A DNA stretch of 64,000 bases. It comes from Mucilaginibacter sp. GTDB taxonomy: Bacteria; Bacteroidota; Bacteroidia; Sphingobacteriales; Sphingobacteriaceae. The DNA lies in assembly GCA_028288085.1 (NCBI GenBank), contig JAQBOK010000023.1:19-64018 (forward strand). The letters are read 5' to 3'. The position numbers and the translations under genes are program-made. The notes beneath the pieces are model-generated. The model made no database searches. It saw only the letters and a list, made by a program, of their open reading frames with translations, and was not told where the DNA came from. Below are positions 38,202 to 48,625 of the stretch, piece by piece. Positions within the stretch are counted from its first letter, which is position 1. Every line of letters begins with the position of its first letter.

Positions 38202-39620
38202 ATGTATAACTGTAAGTATCTCATTATCGTTTTATTAATCATATTTGGTTTGCAATCAATTAATGCTGATGGCCAAAAATTGAAACATGGGGTAACCAAA
38301 CCTCAGTTATGGCTCACCGATCCTGATCACGAAGTGCTGTTTAAATTACAAGATCAAAGCGTTAAGCAGGTACCCACACTAAAAAGTATCCCAGCAATCA
38401 TCATTGATAAATCAACGGTTTATCAGCAAATGGATGGTTTTGGGTTCGCTTTAACAGGTGGTAGTGCTATGCTTATTAATAAAATGAGCACTGATAAGCA
38501 GGCTGATCTATTAAAGGAATTATTTGGAGTTAGTAAAAACGATATTGGTGTTAGCTACTTACGGATAAGCGTAGGAGCATCAGACCTTGATGATCATGTT
38601 TTCTCTTATGATGATCTGCCAAAGGGTGAAACAGACGAAGATCTTAAAAAATTCAGTTTGGCTAATGATGAAAAAGCACTGATACCAGTGTTGAAAAAAA
38701 TATTGATTATAAATCCGGATATTAAGATCCTTGCATCGCCATGGAGCCCTCCAACCTGGATGAAGACTAATGACAGTACAGGTGGCGGGCATTTAAAACC
38801 TGAATATTATCATGCTTATTCGCAATACTTAATAAAATATATAAAGGGAATGGCAGCTAACGGGATTCATATTGATGCGCTCACAACTCAAAATGAACCA
38901 CTAAACCCCAAAAATAACCCCAGTATGGTTATGGAAGCGCCCGAACAGGGCAACTTTATTAGGAATAACCTGGGGCCCGATTTTAGGATTGAAAAAATTA
39001 ACACGAAGATCATTCTGTATGATCATAACGCCGACAGGCCTGATTATCCTATTTCAATTCTAAATGACCCGGAAGCTAAAAAATATGTAGATGGCTCGGC
39101 TTTTCATCTATATGGCGGCAAAATAGAAGCCCTATCCGATGTTCATAATGCTCATCCTGATAAAAACCTATACTTTACAGAAGAGTGGGTTGGCGCGCCG
39201 GGTAATTTAAAAGAGAATATGCGCTTTCACATAAAGGATTTAATAATTGGCGCGCCCAGAAACTGGAGCCGTAATGTTATTGAATGGAACCTGGCAGCAG
39301 ATCAGAACCAGGAACCACATACTCCGGGTGGATGTGATCGTTGCCTGGGCGCTATTACTATAAATGGAGATCAGGTGACAAGAAATTCAGCTTATTATAT
39401 CATTGCACATGCTTCAAAATTTGTAAGACCAGGCTCACGGCGCATAGCATCTAATTACTTAAAAGAATTACCAAATGTTGCATTCTTAACACCGGCAGGA
39501 AAAATTGTTCTGATCGTGTATAATGATTCCAGCGACACGCAAACTTTTAATATTAAATTAAATAATAAACAGCTGTCTTCTGTTTTAAATCCTGGTGCTA
39601 CGGGTACTTTTCTGTTTTGA
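38202..39620 (+). CDS. GH30 glycoside hydrolase (GH30_3-like, probable endo-beta-1,6-glucanase)
   Basis: QQMDGFGFALT, YLRISVGASD, ASPWSPPTWMKT, TTQNEP (acid/base), YFTEEW (nucleophile), WNLAAD, HASKFVRPG. Confidence 0.88.
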   Translation: MYNCKYLIIVLLIIFGLQSINADGQKLKHGVTKPQLWLTDPDHEVLFKLQDQSVKQVPTLKSIPAIIIDKSTVYQQMDGFGFALTGGSAMLINKMSTDKQADLLKELFGVSKNDIGVSYLRISVGASDLDDHVFSYDDLPKGETDEDLKKFSLANDEKALIPVLKKILIINPDIKILASPWSPPTWMKTNDSTGGGHLKPEYYHAYSQYLIKYIKGMAANGIHIDALTTQNEPLNPKNNPSMVMEAPEQGNFIRNNLGPDFRIEKINTKIILYDHNADRPDYPISILNDPEAKKYVDGSAFHLYGGKIEALSDVHNAHPDKNLYFTEEWVGAPGNLKENMRFHIKDLIIGAPRNWSRNVIEWNLAADQNQEPHTPGGCDRCLGAITINGDQVTRNSAYYIIAHASKFVRPGSRRIASNYLKELPNVAFLTPAGKIVLIVYNDSSDTQTFNIKLNNKQLSSVLNPGATGTFLF

Positions 39621-39690
39621 TTTTCAAAAGGACTTTACTCTTGACTTAAAAACACGGACCAATGCCTTTTGCAGACGTCACATACTATGT

Positions 39691-39728
39691 AAAAAGCCGG
39701 TAACTTATCCAGTTACCGGCTTTTTTTT
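39691..39728. terminator. Bidirectional terminator between GH30 and tRNA-Arg
   Basis: Perfect 15-bp stem AAAAAGCCGGTAACT/AGTTACCGGCTTTTT. Confidence 0.85.
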
Positions 39729-39729
39729 G

Positions 39730-39801
39730 TGCACTCGAAGGGATTCGAACCCCCATCATCAGAACCGGAATCTGACATTCTATCCATTGAACTACGAATG
39801 C
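39730..39801 (-). tRNA. tRNA-Arg (anticodon CCG)
   Basis: GCATTCG acceptor pairs CGAGTGC; anticodon arm TCAGA-TTCCGGT-TCTGA; TTCGAAT T-loop; CCA not encoded. Confidence 0.95.
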
Positions 39802-39812
39802 GATTATTGGTG

Positions 39813-39820
39813 CAAAGATA
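39813..39820 (-). promoter_or_regulatory. -7 element TATCTTTG for tRNA-Arg
   Basis: TAnnTTTG 12 bp upstream of the tRNA 5' end. Confidence 0.7.
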
Positions 39821-39911
39821 TTACATAGAGACAGGATATAAGAATTAAGAGTAAAGAAATATAATTTGCAGGTATCTCTTGATACTTAACTCTTATCTCC
39901 GCTTCTGAAAA

Positions 39912-41015
39912 TTAAACGTTAAACCTGAAATGCATTACATCTCCGTCCTGAACAATATAAGTTTTTCCCTCAATAGCCATTTTGCCGGCTTCCTTGATAG
40001 CAGCTTCTGAACCCCTATATTTTACAAAGTCCTCATATTTGATTACTTCGGCACGGATAAAACCTTTTTCAAAATCGGTATGGATAACACCTGCCGCTTG
40101 CGGCGCGGTAAAGCCTTTGGTAATGGTCCAGGCACGTACTTCCTGTACACCAGCTGTGAAATAGGTAGCCAGGTTGAGTAATTTATAAGCTGCCTTGATC
40201 AGTTTGTTCACCCCTGATTCGATTAAACCCAGATCATCAAGAAACATCTGGCGTTCCTCGTATGTTTCCAACTGGGCAATTTCCGATTCTATTTGAGCCG
40301 AAATAATCAGAACCTCGGCATTTTCCTCTTTTACAGCGGCTTTTACCTTTTCTACATAAGCATTGCCTGTATTGACGGATGCTTCGTCTACATTGCAAAC
40401 GTACATTACGGGCTTGGCGGTAAGCAGCCATATATCCTCTATACAATCCTTGTCTTCTTCGGCAACCGGGGCCGTACGTGCCGATTTACCGGCAAGCAGA
40501 TGATTTTTGTAAATGGTTAACACATCAAAAGCCCTTTTAGCATCCTTATCACCGCCTGTTTTAGCCATTTTTTCAATCTTACTGATCTTTTTTTCGATGG
40601 AATCCAGGTCTTTAAGCTGTAACTCAGTATCAATGATCTCCTTATCGCGTATCGGATCAACCGATCCGTCAACATGGATCACATTATCATTATCAAAACA
40701 GCGCAGCACATGTATAATGGCATTGGTAGAGCGTATGTTGCCCAGGAATTGGTTGCCCAAACCTTCGCCCTTACTTGCACCTTTTACTAAACCTGCAATA
40801 TCAACTATCTCGATAACGTTCGGCACTGTATTTTTTGGCTCAACTATCTCAACCAGTTGAGTCAAACGCTCGTCAGGCACGGTAATAACGCCTACATTTG
40901 GCTCAATAGTGCAAAATGGAAAGTTTGCTGCCTGTGCCTTGGCATTTGATAAGCAATTAAAAAGTGTTGATTTCCCTACATTTGGCAAACCTACTATCCC
41001 GCATTGTAAACCCAT
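39912..41015 (-). CDS. ychF: Redox-regulated ATPase YchF
   Basis: [46 protein letters not shown]-terminal TGS domain. Confidence 0.98.
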   Translation of the reverse strand: MGLQCGIVGLPNVGKSTLFNCLSNAKAQAANFPFCTIEPNVGVITVPDERLTQLVEIVEPKNTVPNVIEIVDIAGLVKGASKGEGLGNQFLGNIRSTNAIIHVLRCFDNDNVIHVDGSVDPIRDKEIIDTELQLKDLDSIEKKISKIEKMAKTGGDKDAKRAFDVLTIYKNHLLAGKSARTAPVAEEDKDCIEDIWLLTAKPVMYVCNVDEASVNTGNAYVEKVKAAVKEENAEVLIISAQIESEIAQLETYEERQMFLDDLGLIESGVNKLIKAAYKLLNLATYFTAGVQEVRAWTITKGFTAPQAAGVIHTDFEKGFIRAEVIKYEDFVKYRGSEAAIKEAGKMAIEGKTYIVQDGDVMHFRFNV

Positions 41016-41125
41016 AGTTATAATTTTTAGCCCCTCTAAACGGCGCAGCCCTCATAAACATCATGAGAGCAAACACATCGTGAATAATCTCCCCCTGTCG
41101 GAGAGACTTTAAAATTTCTTTAATT

Positions 41126-41162
41126 AAAGCCCTCCCTCCCTGGATGGGTTGGGTAGGGCTTT
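41126..41162. repeat. Palindromic intergenic repeat
   Basis: AAAGCCCT...AGGGCTTT with a GC-rich inner stem; related to 7830-7885 and about 42675-42700. Confidence 0.5.
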
Positions 41163-41169
41163 TCGGCCG

Positions 41170-41177
41170 CAAAGATA
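41170..41177 (-). promoter_or_regulatory. -7 element TATCTTTG for ychF
   Basis: TAnnTTTG upstream of ychF. Confidence 0.6.
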
Positions 41178-41278
41178 ACAGAAAAAACCTGCCAATAATT
41201 TGAAAAAATAAACGACTTTTGCCGAACATTACCGCAAAGCAACAGAATTAATTACGATGTAAAAAAGAGGGCCTTTTT

Positions 41279-42658
41279 ATGGAAGAAATGGTTGAACAAA
41301 TAGAACTATTACTGGAACAAAATGATGATACACAACTCCAGGAATATCTCAACAACCTTAATATATCAGATGTTGAAGTACTGATAGGTGAACTTCCCGA
41401 ATACGGCCCCCGATTTATCGAAATACTTTCAGTAAACCGCGCAGTAAATGTATTCCGTATACTTGATTTTCCTGTACAGGAGCGCATACTGAAAAAACTT
41501 TCGGGCCCTAAAATAGCCGAACTGATCAATGAGCTTCCTCCCGATGACCGTACATCTCTTTTTAGCGAACTGCATGGCGATACGGTAAAAGTGCTTATCC
41601 AGCATTTACCTTCTGACGATCGTAAAGAAGCCCTAAGATTGCTGGGTTATAAAGAGGATAGTGTGGGAAGGTTGATGACACCTGATTATATCACTGTAAA
41701 AAAGACCTGGAATGTAGCGCGTGTGCTCACACATATACGGGAGTTTGGAAAGAATTCTGAAACCATTGATGTACTCTACGTGATTGATAGCGATGGCGTA
41801 TTGCTGGATGATATCAGGATACGCGAAATATTATTGGTAGAACCCGAAACAAAGGTAAGTGCATTGATGGATAGCAGGCTGATAGCATTGAATGTGAAAG
41901 ATCCGCAACAAGAAGCTATCAATATATTCAGGATGAATAACCGTGTAGCCCTGCCCGTTACCGATGATAGGAATATTCTGCTGGGTATAGTTACAGTGGA
42001 TGATATACTCTGGATAGCCAATGAGGAGTATACGGAGGATATCCAAAAAATAGGTGGTACCGAAGCGCTGGATGAGCCGTACCTTGATATCAATTTGTTC
42101 AGGCTGGTAAAAAAACGTGTTGGCTGGCTCATTATTTTATTTTTAAGCGAAATGCTTACTACAACCGCAATGCAATCATATGGTGGTGAGTTGGCATCAT
42201 TAACAATGCTGGCGTTTTTTGTTCCCCTTATTATTTCCAGCGGCGGTAATAGCGGTTCCCAAGCATCAACGCTGATCATCCAGGCCATGGCATTAGGAGA
42301 GGTTAAACTGGCCGATTGGTGGCGCGTTATGCGGCGCGAGATCATATCGGGGTTAATGTTAGGGGCAATACTTGGAGTGATCGGTTTTTCGAGGGTCGCT
42401 ATCTGGACCACATTCAGCAGCATTTATGGCGTGCATTGGCTATTAATGGCCTTCACGGTCGGTTTCTCGCTAATTGGGGTAGTTCTATGGGGTTCATTAG
42501 CAGGTTCCATGCTTCCATTGGTATTAAAAAAGCTTGGGTTTGACCCTGCTACATCCTCCGCACCATTTGTCGCCACATTGGTTGATGTAACGGGCCTGGT
42601 TATTTATTTCAATATAGCTATGCTTATTTTCGGTCACATCTTACACGCTGTGAAGTAA
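41279..42658 (+). CDS. mgtE: Magnesium transporter MgtE
   Basis: MgtE_N, CBS pair (SVGRLMTPDY), RVGWLIILF, SGGNSGSQ, DPA..SAPFVATLVD. Confidence 0.96.
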   Translation: MEEMVEQIELLLEQNDDTQLQEYLNNLNISDVEVLIGELPEYGPRFIEILSVNRAVNVFRILDFPVQERILKKLSGPKIAELINELPPDDRTSLFSELHGDTVKVLIQHLPSDDRKEALRLLGYKEDSVGRLMTPDYITVKKTWNVARVLTHIREFGKNSETIDVLYVIDSDGVLLDDIRIREILLVEPETKVSALMDSRLIALNVKDPQQEAINIFRMNNRVALPVTDDRNILLGIVTVDDILWIANEEYTEDIQKIGGTEALDEPYLDINLFRLVKKRVGWLIILFLSEMLTTTAMQSYGGELASLTMLAFFVPLIISSGGNSGSQASTLIIQAMALGEVKLADWWRVMRREIISGLMLGAILGVIGFSRVAIWTTFSSIYGVHWLLMAFTVGFSLIGVVLWGSLAGSMLPLVLKKLGFDPATSSAPFVATLVDVTGLVIYFNIAMLIFGHILHAVK

Positions 42659-42718
42659 TAATCTTACAAATAAAAAAACCCTCTCTTTTGGAGAGGGTTG
42701 GTATGCGTATTTTATTAA

Positions 42719-43249
42719 TTACTGTTTCTTAATTTCCACTCTGCGGTTTAGTATTCTTCCTGCCTCGGTAGTATTATCAGCAATGGGATTGCCTTCGCCA
42801 TAACCCTTTGTTGTTAAATTATCTGTACTAACTCCTGTATTAACCAAATAGGCTTTAACAGAGTTCGCCCTATCGGCAGATAATACCATATTGTGCTCAT
42901 CAGTTCCTTCTGCAGAAGCATATCCTTTTAAAATAAATTTAGCTGAAGGATCTTTTTTCATTTCTGCAGCAGCTTTATCTAATATAGGGTACGATTCTGT
43001 TTTCAATATCCCTGAATCGAACTCAAATTGAATATTACTGAAATTATAGTCAGGAGGAGCAGGTGCTGGGGCCGGAGCGGGTGTTGGTGCCGGTGGTGGT
43101 GGCGTTTGCTGAACTGGCGGCGCCGTTTTTGTGGTATCTGCAGGCGGCGCGGCTGGTTTTTGTATTGCTTTTTTTGCCTTACAGGCCTGTAACGAAATTA
43201 ATGCGGATAAGATAATGATTGGGAAATAATGGGATCTTAAAAATTTCAT
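42719..43249 (-). CDS. OmpA-family peptidoglycan-binding lipoprotein with Pro-rich linker
   Basis: Lipobox LQAC, PAPTPAPAP linker, IQFEFDS...GYAS...N..LS..RA..VK..L...GR..NRRVEI. Confidence 0.9.
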   Translation of the reverse strand: MKFLRSHYFPIIILSALISLQACKAKKAIQKPAAPPADTTKTAPPVQQTPPPPAPTPAPAPAPAPPDYNFSNIQFEFDSGILKTESYPILDKAAAEMKKDPSAKFILKGYASAEGTDEHNMVLSADRANSVKAYLVNTGVSTDNLTTKGYGEGNPIADNTTEAGRILNRRVEIKKQ

Positions 43250-43433
43250 AATATTATAGTTAGTTAAAATAACGGCGCTTACAGCAGCTTTATTACTTGC
43301 TGCTTGCGCCTTTGCTGCAAGTATAACATCAAAAATTCTTTTTTGTTACCTTTTTCACAAAAAGGCAACGTTAGGATGTTATACCAAACTTGCCGGCAAG
43401 CCGGGTTTTAATGAAGCTAAATGCGTTACGGGA

Positions 43434-43664
43434 TCATTCGCTATTTTCGTTTTTTATGCCTTTTAGCAAGGCATAAATGGCCATAGCATGCCCGTGCCCA
43501 AGATCAAAATCGTCCTTAAGCCATTTTACAATATCTCCTGCTTTTACGGTGGACTTAATTTCTCTGTTTTGAGTGAACCCCTTTTGCTCAGCAAGTTCCC
43601 GGAAATCTGCAGGCCCTTTGCCCGTTTTTGTTTTGATGTTGTTGATATAAGCCTGGAATGACAT
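43434..43664 (-). CDS. DUF4287-family protein
   Basis: MSFQAYINNIKTKTGK...VKWLKDDFDLGHGHAMAI. Confidence 0.85.
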   Translation of the reverse strand: MSFQAYINNIKTKTGKGPADFRELAEQKGFTQNREIKSTVKAGDIVKWLKDDFDLGHGHAMAIYALLKGIKNENSE

Positions 43665-43812
43665 ATTGCGGCGATTATTTGTTAACTAATTATAGTTTAT
43701 TAAATATTCAAATATAACACTGTAAATTCAATACAATGTGGTGCATAACGACAAAAGGACGGGGTGATCACAACACCAGGATACACACGGAATACAAAGT
43801 AAATATGAAACT

Positions 43813-44246
43813 TTATTGTTTTTCAATGCCCCTCCTAAATAACAATGCGTCCGCATTCCATCTGTCATATTTACCGGGAACAAGCAAGATTGTGATCAGT
43901 AAAATGGCCCTTGGTATCACATGCTGCAGGTCCCAGATGGGTTCTAAAAGGCCGTGCCCAAATGAAACGATCAGCAGATCGATGCCAAGAAGGTATAAGG
44001 CATATTTTCTGAAAAAGCCTATGATGAGTAAAAAATCACAGATCATCTCAATATACGAAGTATAATAGGCGGTACCCCATATCAACCATTTAGGCAGGAA
44101 GGTTTTTTCAAATGCAACAAAAAACAGACGTATACTTTGGGTACAGTGTAGGTAAATATTTTTCCATACCCCTGCATCATGAAAATTATTCCAAGCAGCG
44201 CTCTTGTAAACAATATAGCCGCGGCTCTTGATGTTTTATCGTTCAT
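43813..44246 (-). pseudogene. DoxX-family membrane protein interrupted by a single -1 frameshift
   Basis: ATG 44246 gives MNDKTSRAAAILFTRALLGIIFMMQGYGKIFTYTVPKVY; the frame shifts near 44130 and resumes as FVAFEKTFLPKWLIWGTAYY...GHGLLEPIWDLQHV. Confidence 0.75.
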
Positions 44247-44297
44247 TAATTCTTTAAATTAAAGCAATTAGAACTTAAAAGTACAGCAATTTGATTG

Positions 44298-44909
44298 CTA
44301 AAGCTTTTGTATGCACCATGTAGTCATACACCGCATGTTTTGCACGTTAGTGGTTTTAATAGGTTCGTGCAGATGTCCGTTTAGTCTGGAGGTATAGTTT
44401 ACCAGTGTTTGCTCATTTACCAGGAAACGTTCAGAACCATCAGGCAGTAAGTAACGGCCATTATTCAGGGGCTGTACCAGGCTTTCAATGCCGATGTCAG
44501 AGGCCAGGCGGGCAAAAAAGTAGCCTCCTTGTTTAAGTACACGCCATATAGAGCGTAACATGTTATCAAAATGGGCCTCATCGCGGGCAAAATGCAGCAC
44601 AGCGCTACAAATTATCAGGTCGAAGTATTGGTCGTTAAAAGGCATATTTTCGGCGGGAGCAACCTTAAAATTGGCTTGAGGATTAATAGGAGCAAGGCTT
44701 TTGGCTAAGGATTTTACCATTTCAACCGCTTCGGTATTCGGATCCACGCCATAAACTTCGTATCCATTTTGCAGAAAATAAACCAGGTTGCGCCCTCCAC
44801 CGCATCCCGTGTCTAATACCTTTTTGCAATCATCATACGTGCCTTTCAACAACTGGTCAAACAGGTAGATATCAATATTGCCAAAATTTTGTTGGAGGGT
44901 TGATCGCAT
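44298..44909 (-). CDS. Class I SAM-dependent methyltransferase
   Basis: VLDTGCGGGRN, YGVDP, FDLIICSAVLHF, LKQGG. Confidence 0.9.
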   Translation of the reverse strand: MRSTLQQNFGNIDIYLFDQLLKGTYDDCKKVLDTGCGGGRNLVYFLQNGYEVYGVDPNTEAVEMVKSLAKSLAPINPQANFKVAPAENMPFNDQYFDLIICSAVLHFARDEAHFDNMLRSIWRVLKQGGYFFARLASDIGIESLVQPLNNGRYLLPDGSERFLVNEQTLVNYTSRLNGHLHEPIKTTNVQNMRCMTTWCIQKL

Positions 44910-45195
44910 GGTGTTTATATATCAGCTAAAATAACGTGTTTTTTTCACACAAATTGGTTATCAGTAGTTTCTAATTTAAGCCGAAGTAAATTGAAGCAAC
45001 TGCCAACGCTCTCACCGCTTCTTCAGGAGTAAATTATCAGGTGTAATTTATAGTCTCTTAGATCCTGGATATTAAAATACGTAAAAATACGTGCTTAAAT
45101 ACGGTGTTTTTACCTCTTTGAAAATCAGTTATTTATCTCAGTTTTAACTTGTAGTTTTTGAAGATATACCTCCAATTATTAACCTTTCAAATCTT

Positions 45196-45546
45196 ATGAG
45201 ATCATCACACAATTTACGCCATCCCCTTTACGGCAAACTTATGCTGGCATTGTCCGTCACATTTATATTTAGTAGTTGCTATACGGTAAGGGTTGCTACC
45301 CAGGCGCAATCAGGAGCTGAAGTCTCCGGTGCAACCGTTAATCACTTTCTTTGGGGATTGATACAAAGTCCTAAAAGAGTAACCACTCCAATTTGCGATT
45401 CCTTAGGGGCGAATGGGATGGCCGAAGTAACTGTTAAAAATAATTTTGGCTATTCTCTTATTACAGTTGCTACTCTGGGTATTTGGAGCCCAACACGGAT
45501 TGAATGGAAATGCAGTAAACCTTGTCAAAAGGTAGGAAACCTATAA
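45196..45546 (+). CDS. Bor/Iss-like lipoprotein
   Basis: Lipobox FSSC; HFLWGL...C...V.V.NNF...LITVATLGIWSP..IEWKC matches the Bor pattern. Confidence 0.72.
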   Translation: MRSSHNLRHPLYGKLMLALSVTFIFSSCYTVRVATQAQSGAEVSGATVNHFLWGLIQSPKRVTTPICDSLGANGMAEVTVKNNFGYSLITVATLGIWSPTRIEWKCSKPCQKVGNL

Positions 45547-45558
45547 AATCATCAGCAA

Positions 45559-47073
45559 ATGAAAGTAATTAAAACTGGCGATAAAACTTGGGAAAACCGC
45601 CATGAAACATTCGTAGAGGATATTCAGGATCTGTACGAATTAGGAAATGAAGATGCCCTGGATGCCCTGGACAGCTATAACGACGCGACTAAAGGATTCC
45701 AGAACCTGATTAGCGAGGCTATAGCCACACAAACACCCCTCCGGTCGCTTGGGGGCGGGTGGTCATGGATGAAGATCGCGACTGTAAACAATGGCATAAT
45801 GCTGGATACGAAGTCGCTTAATACAGTATTTAATGTTAGCACCAATAGTGTTTCGGCAACTTATACAGGTAACACGGCAAACTTGCTTTTTGCACAAAGC
45901 GGCAATTGTATATGGGAATTGAGCAAGTATTTGCAGCAAAAAAACAGGTCATTAAAAACCTCGGGAGCAAGTAACGGGCAAACTTTAGCGGGAGCGGTAA
46001 GTACGGGTACACATGGCTCTGCCTTTGATTTTGGGGCTACGCCGGAGTTTGTGGTGGGCTTGCATCTTATTGTAGGCCCTGACCGGCATATCTGGCTGGA
46101 AAGAGCTTCGGCCCCCGTAGTATCCGATGCTTTTATTCAGAGTTTGCAAACAGAACTGGTGCAAAATGATGACCTTTTTAATGCGGCGCTGGTAAGTTTC
46201 GGGAGCTTTGGCATTATTCACGGAATGATGATAGAAACAGAAGACCTGTATTTGCTGGAAACTTATATGCAGCGCATGCCTTATGATGACTCATTAAAAG
46301 CCATCATGCAAACACTTGATTTTAGTACTGCAAATTTACCCTGTGGCAATGAGCGTCCTTTTCATTTTTCGGTATTGCTTAATCCTTATGATATGGATAA
46401 TGGGGCTTTTGTTACTACCATGTATAAGCGCCGTTATCAACCAGGCTATCAGCCGCCGGTAGGTAACGCAGCAGGCATTGGTCCTGGTGATGATGCAGCC
46501 GCATTTATGGGAACGCTTACAGAAGTTGCCCCGGCAATGGTGCCATTATTGGTTAACAAGGTATTGGGAGCAAGCTTAACGCTTTTTGAAAAGCAGTTTG
46601 GCATCCACAGCGAGATTTTTAATAATACCACGCTGCGTGGTAAATTGTTAAGTGCGGCTGTAGGTTTTTCAATAGATAACGTAAACCAGGTTGCCCAACT
46701 AATGTTAGACCTTAATCAGGAAGTTGGCCCATTTACTGGTATTTTCTCCTTTAGGTTTGTTAAACAATCAACAGCAACCATGGGTTTTACCCGTTTTGAA
46801 CGTACCTGTGTAATGGAACTTGACGCACCATATTCAGATAATACTTATAGTTTTTATACGCAGGTTTGGCAGAAACTGGAGGATGCAAATATCCCTTTTG
46901 GCTTCCATTGGGGAAAAGTGAACGAACTGAATCCTGATAGAATAGCCAGCATGTACGGCGCCGCTGCAGACCAATGGGTAGCGGCCCGCAATAAACTGCT
47001 GGATGCTGATAGCATGAAGGTTTTTACTAATCCAATTTTACAGCAATGGGGTTTAGATACAGTATTGCCATAA
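45559..47073 (+). CDS. FAD-linked oxidase (VAO/PCMH fold, sugar-lactone oxidase-like)
   Basis: LRSLGGGWSW, GQTLAGAVSTGTHGS, AALVSFGSFGII, C-terminal FHWGK. Confidence 0.85.
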   Translation: MKVIKTGDKTWENRHETFVEDIQDLYELGNEDALDALDSYNDATKGFQNLISEAIATQTPLRSLGGGWSWMKIATVNNGIMLDTKSLNTVFNVSTNSVSATYTGNTANLLFAQSGNCIWELSKYLQQKNRSLKTSGASNGQTLAGAVSTGTHGSAFDFGATPEFVVGLHLIVGPDRHIWLERASAPVVSDAFIQSLQTELVQNDDLFNAALVSFGSFGIIHGMMIETEDLYLLETYMQRMPYDDSLKAIMQTLDFSTANLPCGNERPFHFSVLLNPYDMDNGAFVTTMYKRRYQPGYQPPVGNAAGIGPGDDAAAFMGTLTEVAPAMVPLLVNKVLGASLTLFEKQFGIHSEIFNNTTLRGKLLSAAVGFSIDNVNQVAQLMLDLNQEVGPFTGIFSFRFVKQSTATMGFTRFERTCVMELDAPYSDNTYSFYTQVWQKLEDANIPFGFHWGKVNELNPDRIASMYGAAADQWVAARNKLLDADSMKVFTNPILQQWGLDTVLP

Positions 47074-48401
47074 TTGATAAAGCAAGGTTCGGGGGCAGGT
47101 TACTGGTTAGTTTGGTTTGCTGTTTTTCAACCTTTCTAACCAGGGCGCAAACCCCTGCGCAAATTATCAGCGAATTAAAATTGGTGAACAACAATGTTGC
47201 CAATACGCCCTGCAGTACTGGAAGGGGTATGCTGATATCTAATAAAGCGATGAACATTTTCCTCTCCAACAAGGTGAGCTCCTATCTTTCTGGTAATGAG
47301 GACCTTTCCCTTTATAAAAATTACGTCACCTTAAATGCTTCTGAAGGAAGTATCACTATCAACCATAATTTTCACCAACCTGTAGATAGTGATGATTGGG
47401 TAAAGTCATTTGTTATTATAGGGGCAAGGGCCAATATAGCTAATGCCTATGCAGCCAGGTTTTCAAATAAATATTTTGATAACCGGTTGGGATTTGTACT
47501 CCAAAAAACCTGGATGGGAAAGCCGATTACCTTCTACGATAAATGTAGCAGCCAGAAAATGGCTATGGATGCCCAAAGATCCGCAATACTGCATGGGCTC
47601 GAAACAACGCTTAACAGAAAGGCGGTTGATTTTGAACGTGCCCTAGATTCTATTAAACAAGCAGAAATACCGGGTCAAAGCCCAAATGCTGCAAAAACAC
47701 GACTAAGACAGGGTTTTTACGCTGCCCTTAGGTCAGAATACCTTCAAAAGTTTTCAGAAGCGCAATCGGACTTACTGATAAAGACAAATAATTACAACCT
47801 GGTAACCGACAACTGGACCAGTCTAGGCATTTATATCCCTATCATCCTTCAAAAATTTGAGGTAAGTACGGCGCTTAATACAGATGTTGCAAGGCGATAT
47901 AATTATCCGCTTGAATTTTCAGTAAGCCATACCCGTCTTTGGGAGAGCATCAAAGTTGGACGGATATTTTTCACTTTAAGCACCCGGGCGTTTTTGAATA
48001 ATTCGATACAAAGTGGCGCCCTTTATAATGCCGATATAAGCGGGCCCGAAATTGCTAATGGGGCAAATACGCTTTCATTAAATCAAGGCAATCGATTTAT
48101 AGGTGATTATAAAAACTATGTTACCCCAGTTGTTGCAGGTAAACTGGTATACATCCCACCTGATTCACACGTGGGGGTCAGTTTCCGTGTCGAAAAAAAC
48201 TTTGGTACTTACCACGCGCTAAATTCCATACTGGGTATTCCCATTGTTTTGATCGATAAAAATGGCGTGCCTGCAATTAATTTTGAGGCGCAGATATTGT
48301 TTACAGATATGAACAATTCCATCAAAAGCAGCCAGCTTCCGTTTAATAAAAACGCTATAGGACTAACGGTGGGCATACCTTTTAGTAAGATTGTTTATTA
48401 G
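47046..48401 (+). CDS. Secreted or outer-membrane protein of unknown function
   Basis: Hydrophobic N-region ending TRA|Q; alternating beta-strand patterns; C-terminal IGLTVGIPF. Start uncertain. Confidence 0.65.
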   Translation: MGFRYSIAIIDKARFGGRLLVSLVCCFSTFLTRAQTPAQIISELKLVNNNVANTPCSTGRGMLISNKAMNIFLSNKVSSYLSGNEDLSLYKNYVTLNASEGSITINHNFHQPVDSDDWVKSFVIIGARANIANAYAARFSNKYFDNRLGFVLQKTWMGKPITFYDKCSSQKMAMDAQRSAILHGLETTLNRKAVDFERALDSIKQAEIPGQSPNAAKTRLRQGFYAALRSEYLQKFSEAQSDLLIKTNNYNLVTDNWTSLGIYIPIILQKFEVSTALNTDVARRYNYPLEFSVSHTRLWESIKVGRIFFTLSTRAFLNNSIQSGALYNADISGPEIANGANTLSLNQGNRFIGDYKNYVTPVVAGKLVYIPPDSHVGVSFRVEKNFGTYHALNSILGIPIVLIDKNGVPAINFEAQILFTDMNNSIKSSQLPFNKNAIGLTVGIPFSKIVY

Positions 48402-48538
48402 GATTGAATTAAATGCAGTACGGCCGGGGTGGTCCCGATCAGAGTGACAAACGAAGTAATGCAAACAATCGCAACTCCTGTATTTTTAAACGCTTTCGCC
48501 GATTTTAATATTTTGCACTTAAAAAGGTTGAAAAAGTG

Positions 48539-48546
48539 TACCTTTG
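48539..48546 (+). promoter_or_regulatory. -7 element TACCTTTG for the J-KTSC gene
   Basis: TAnnTTTG 80 bp upstream of the ATG. Confidence 0.55.
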
Positions 48547-48625
48547 CAAAATTATTTTCTTGAAAAAGCGCGTAACTATTATATATGCTATCACTTCAAT
48601 GACAATAAGTTAACGAATTGATAAT

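Noticed and set aside
40957-41229. 90-aa ORF upstream of ychF
   Set aside because: It spans the divergent promoter and a palindromic repeat.
41776-42423. 215-aa antisense ORF within mgtE
   Set aside because: Shadow ORF of a conserved gene with no recognisable motifs; the same applies to 28321..28776, 40513..40860, 51399..51791 and other nested ORFs.
43056-43180. Short tandem GC-rich repeats
   Set aside because: They encode the Pro/Ala linker of the OmpA lipoprotein; not a separate element.
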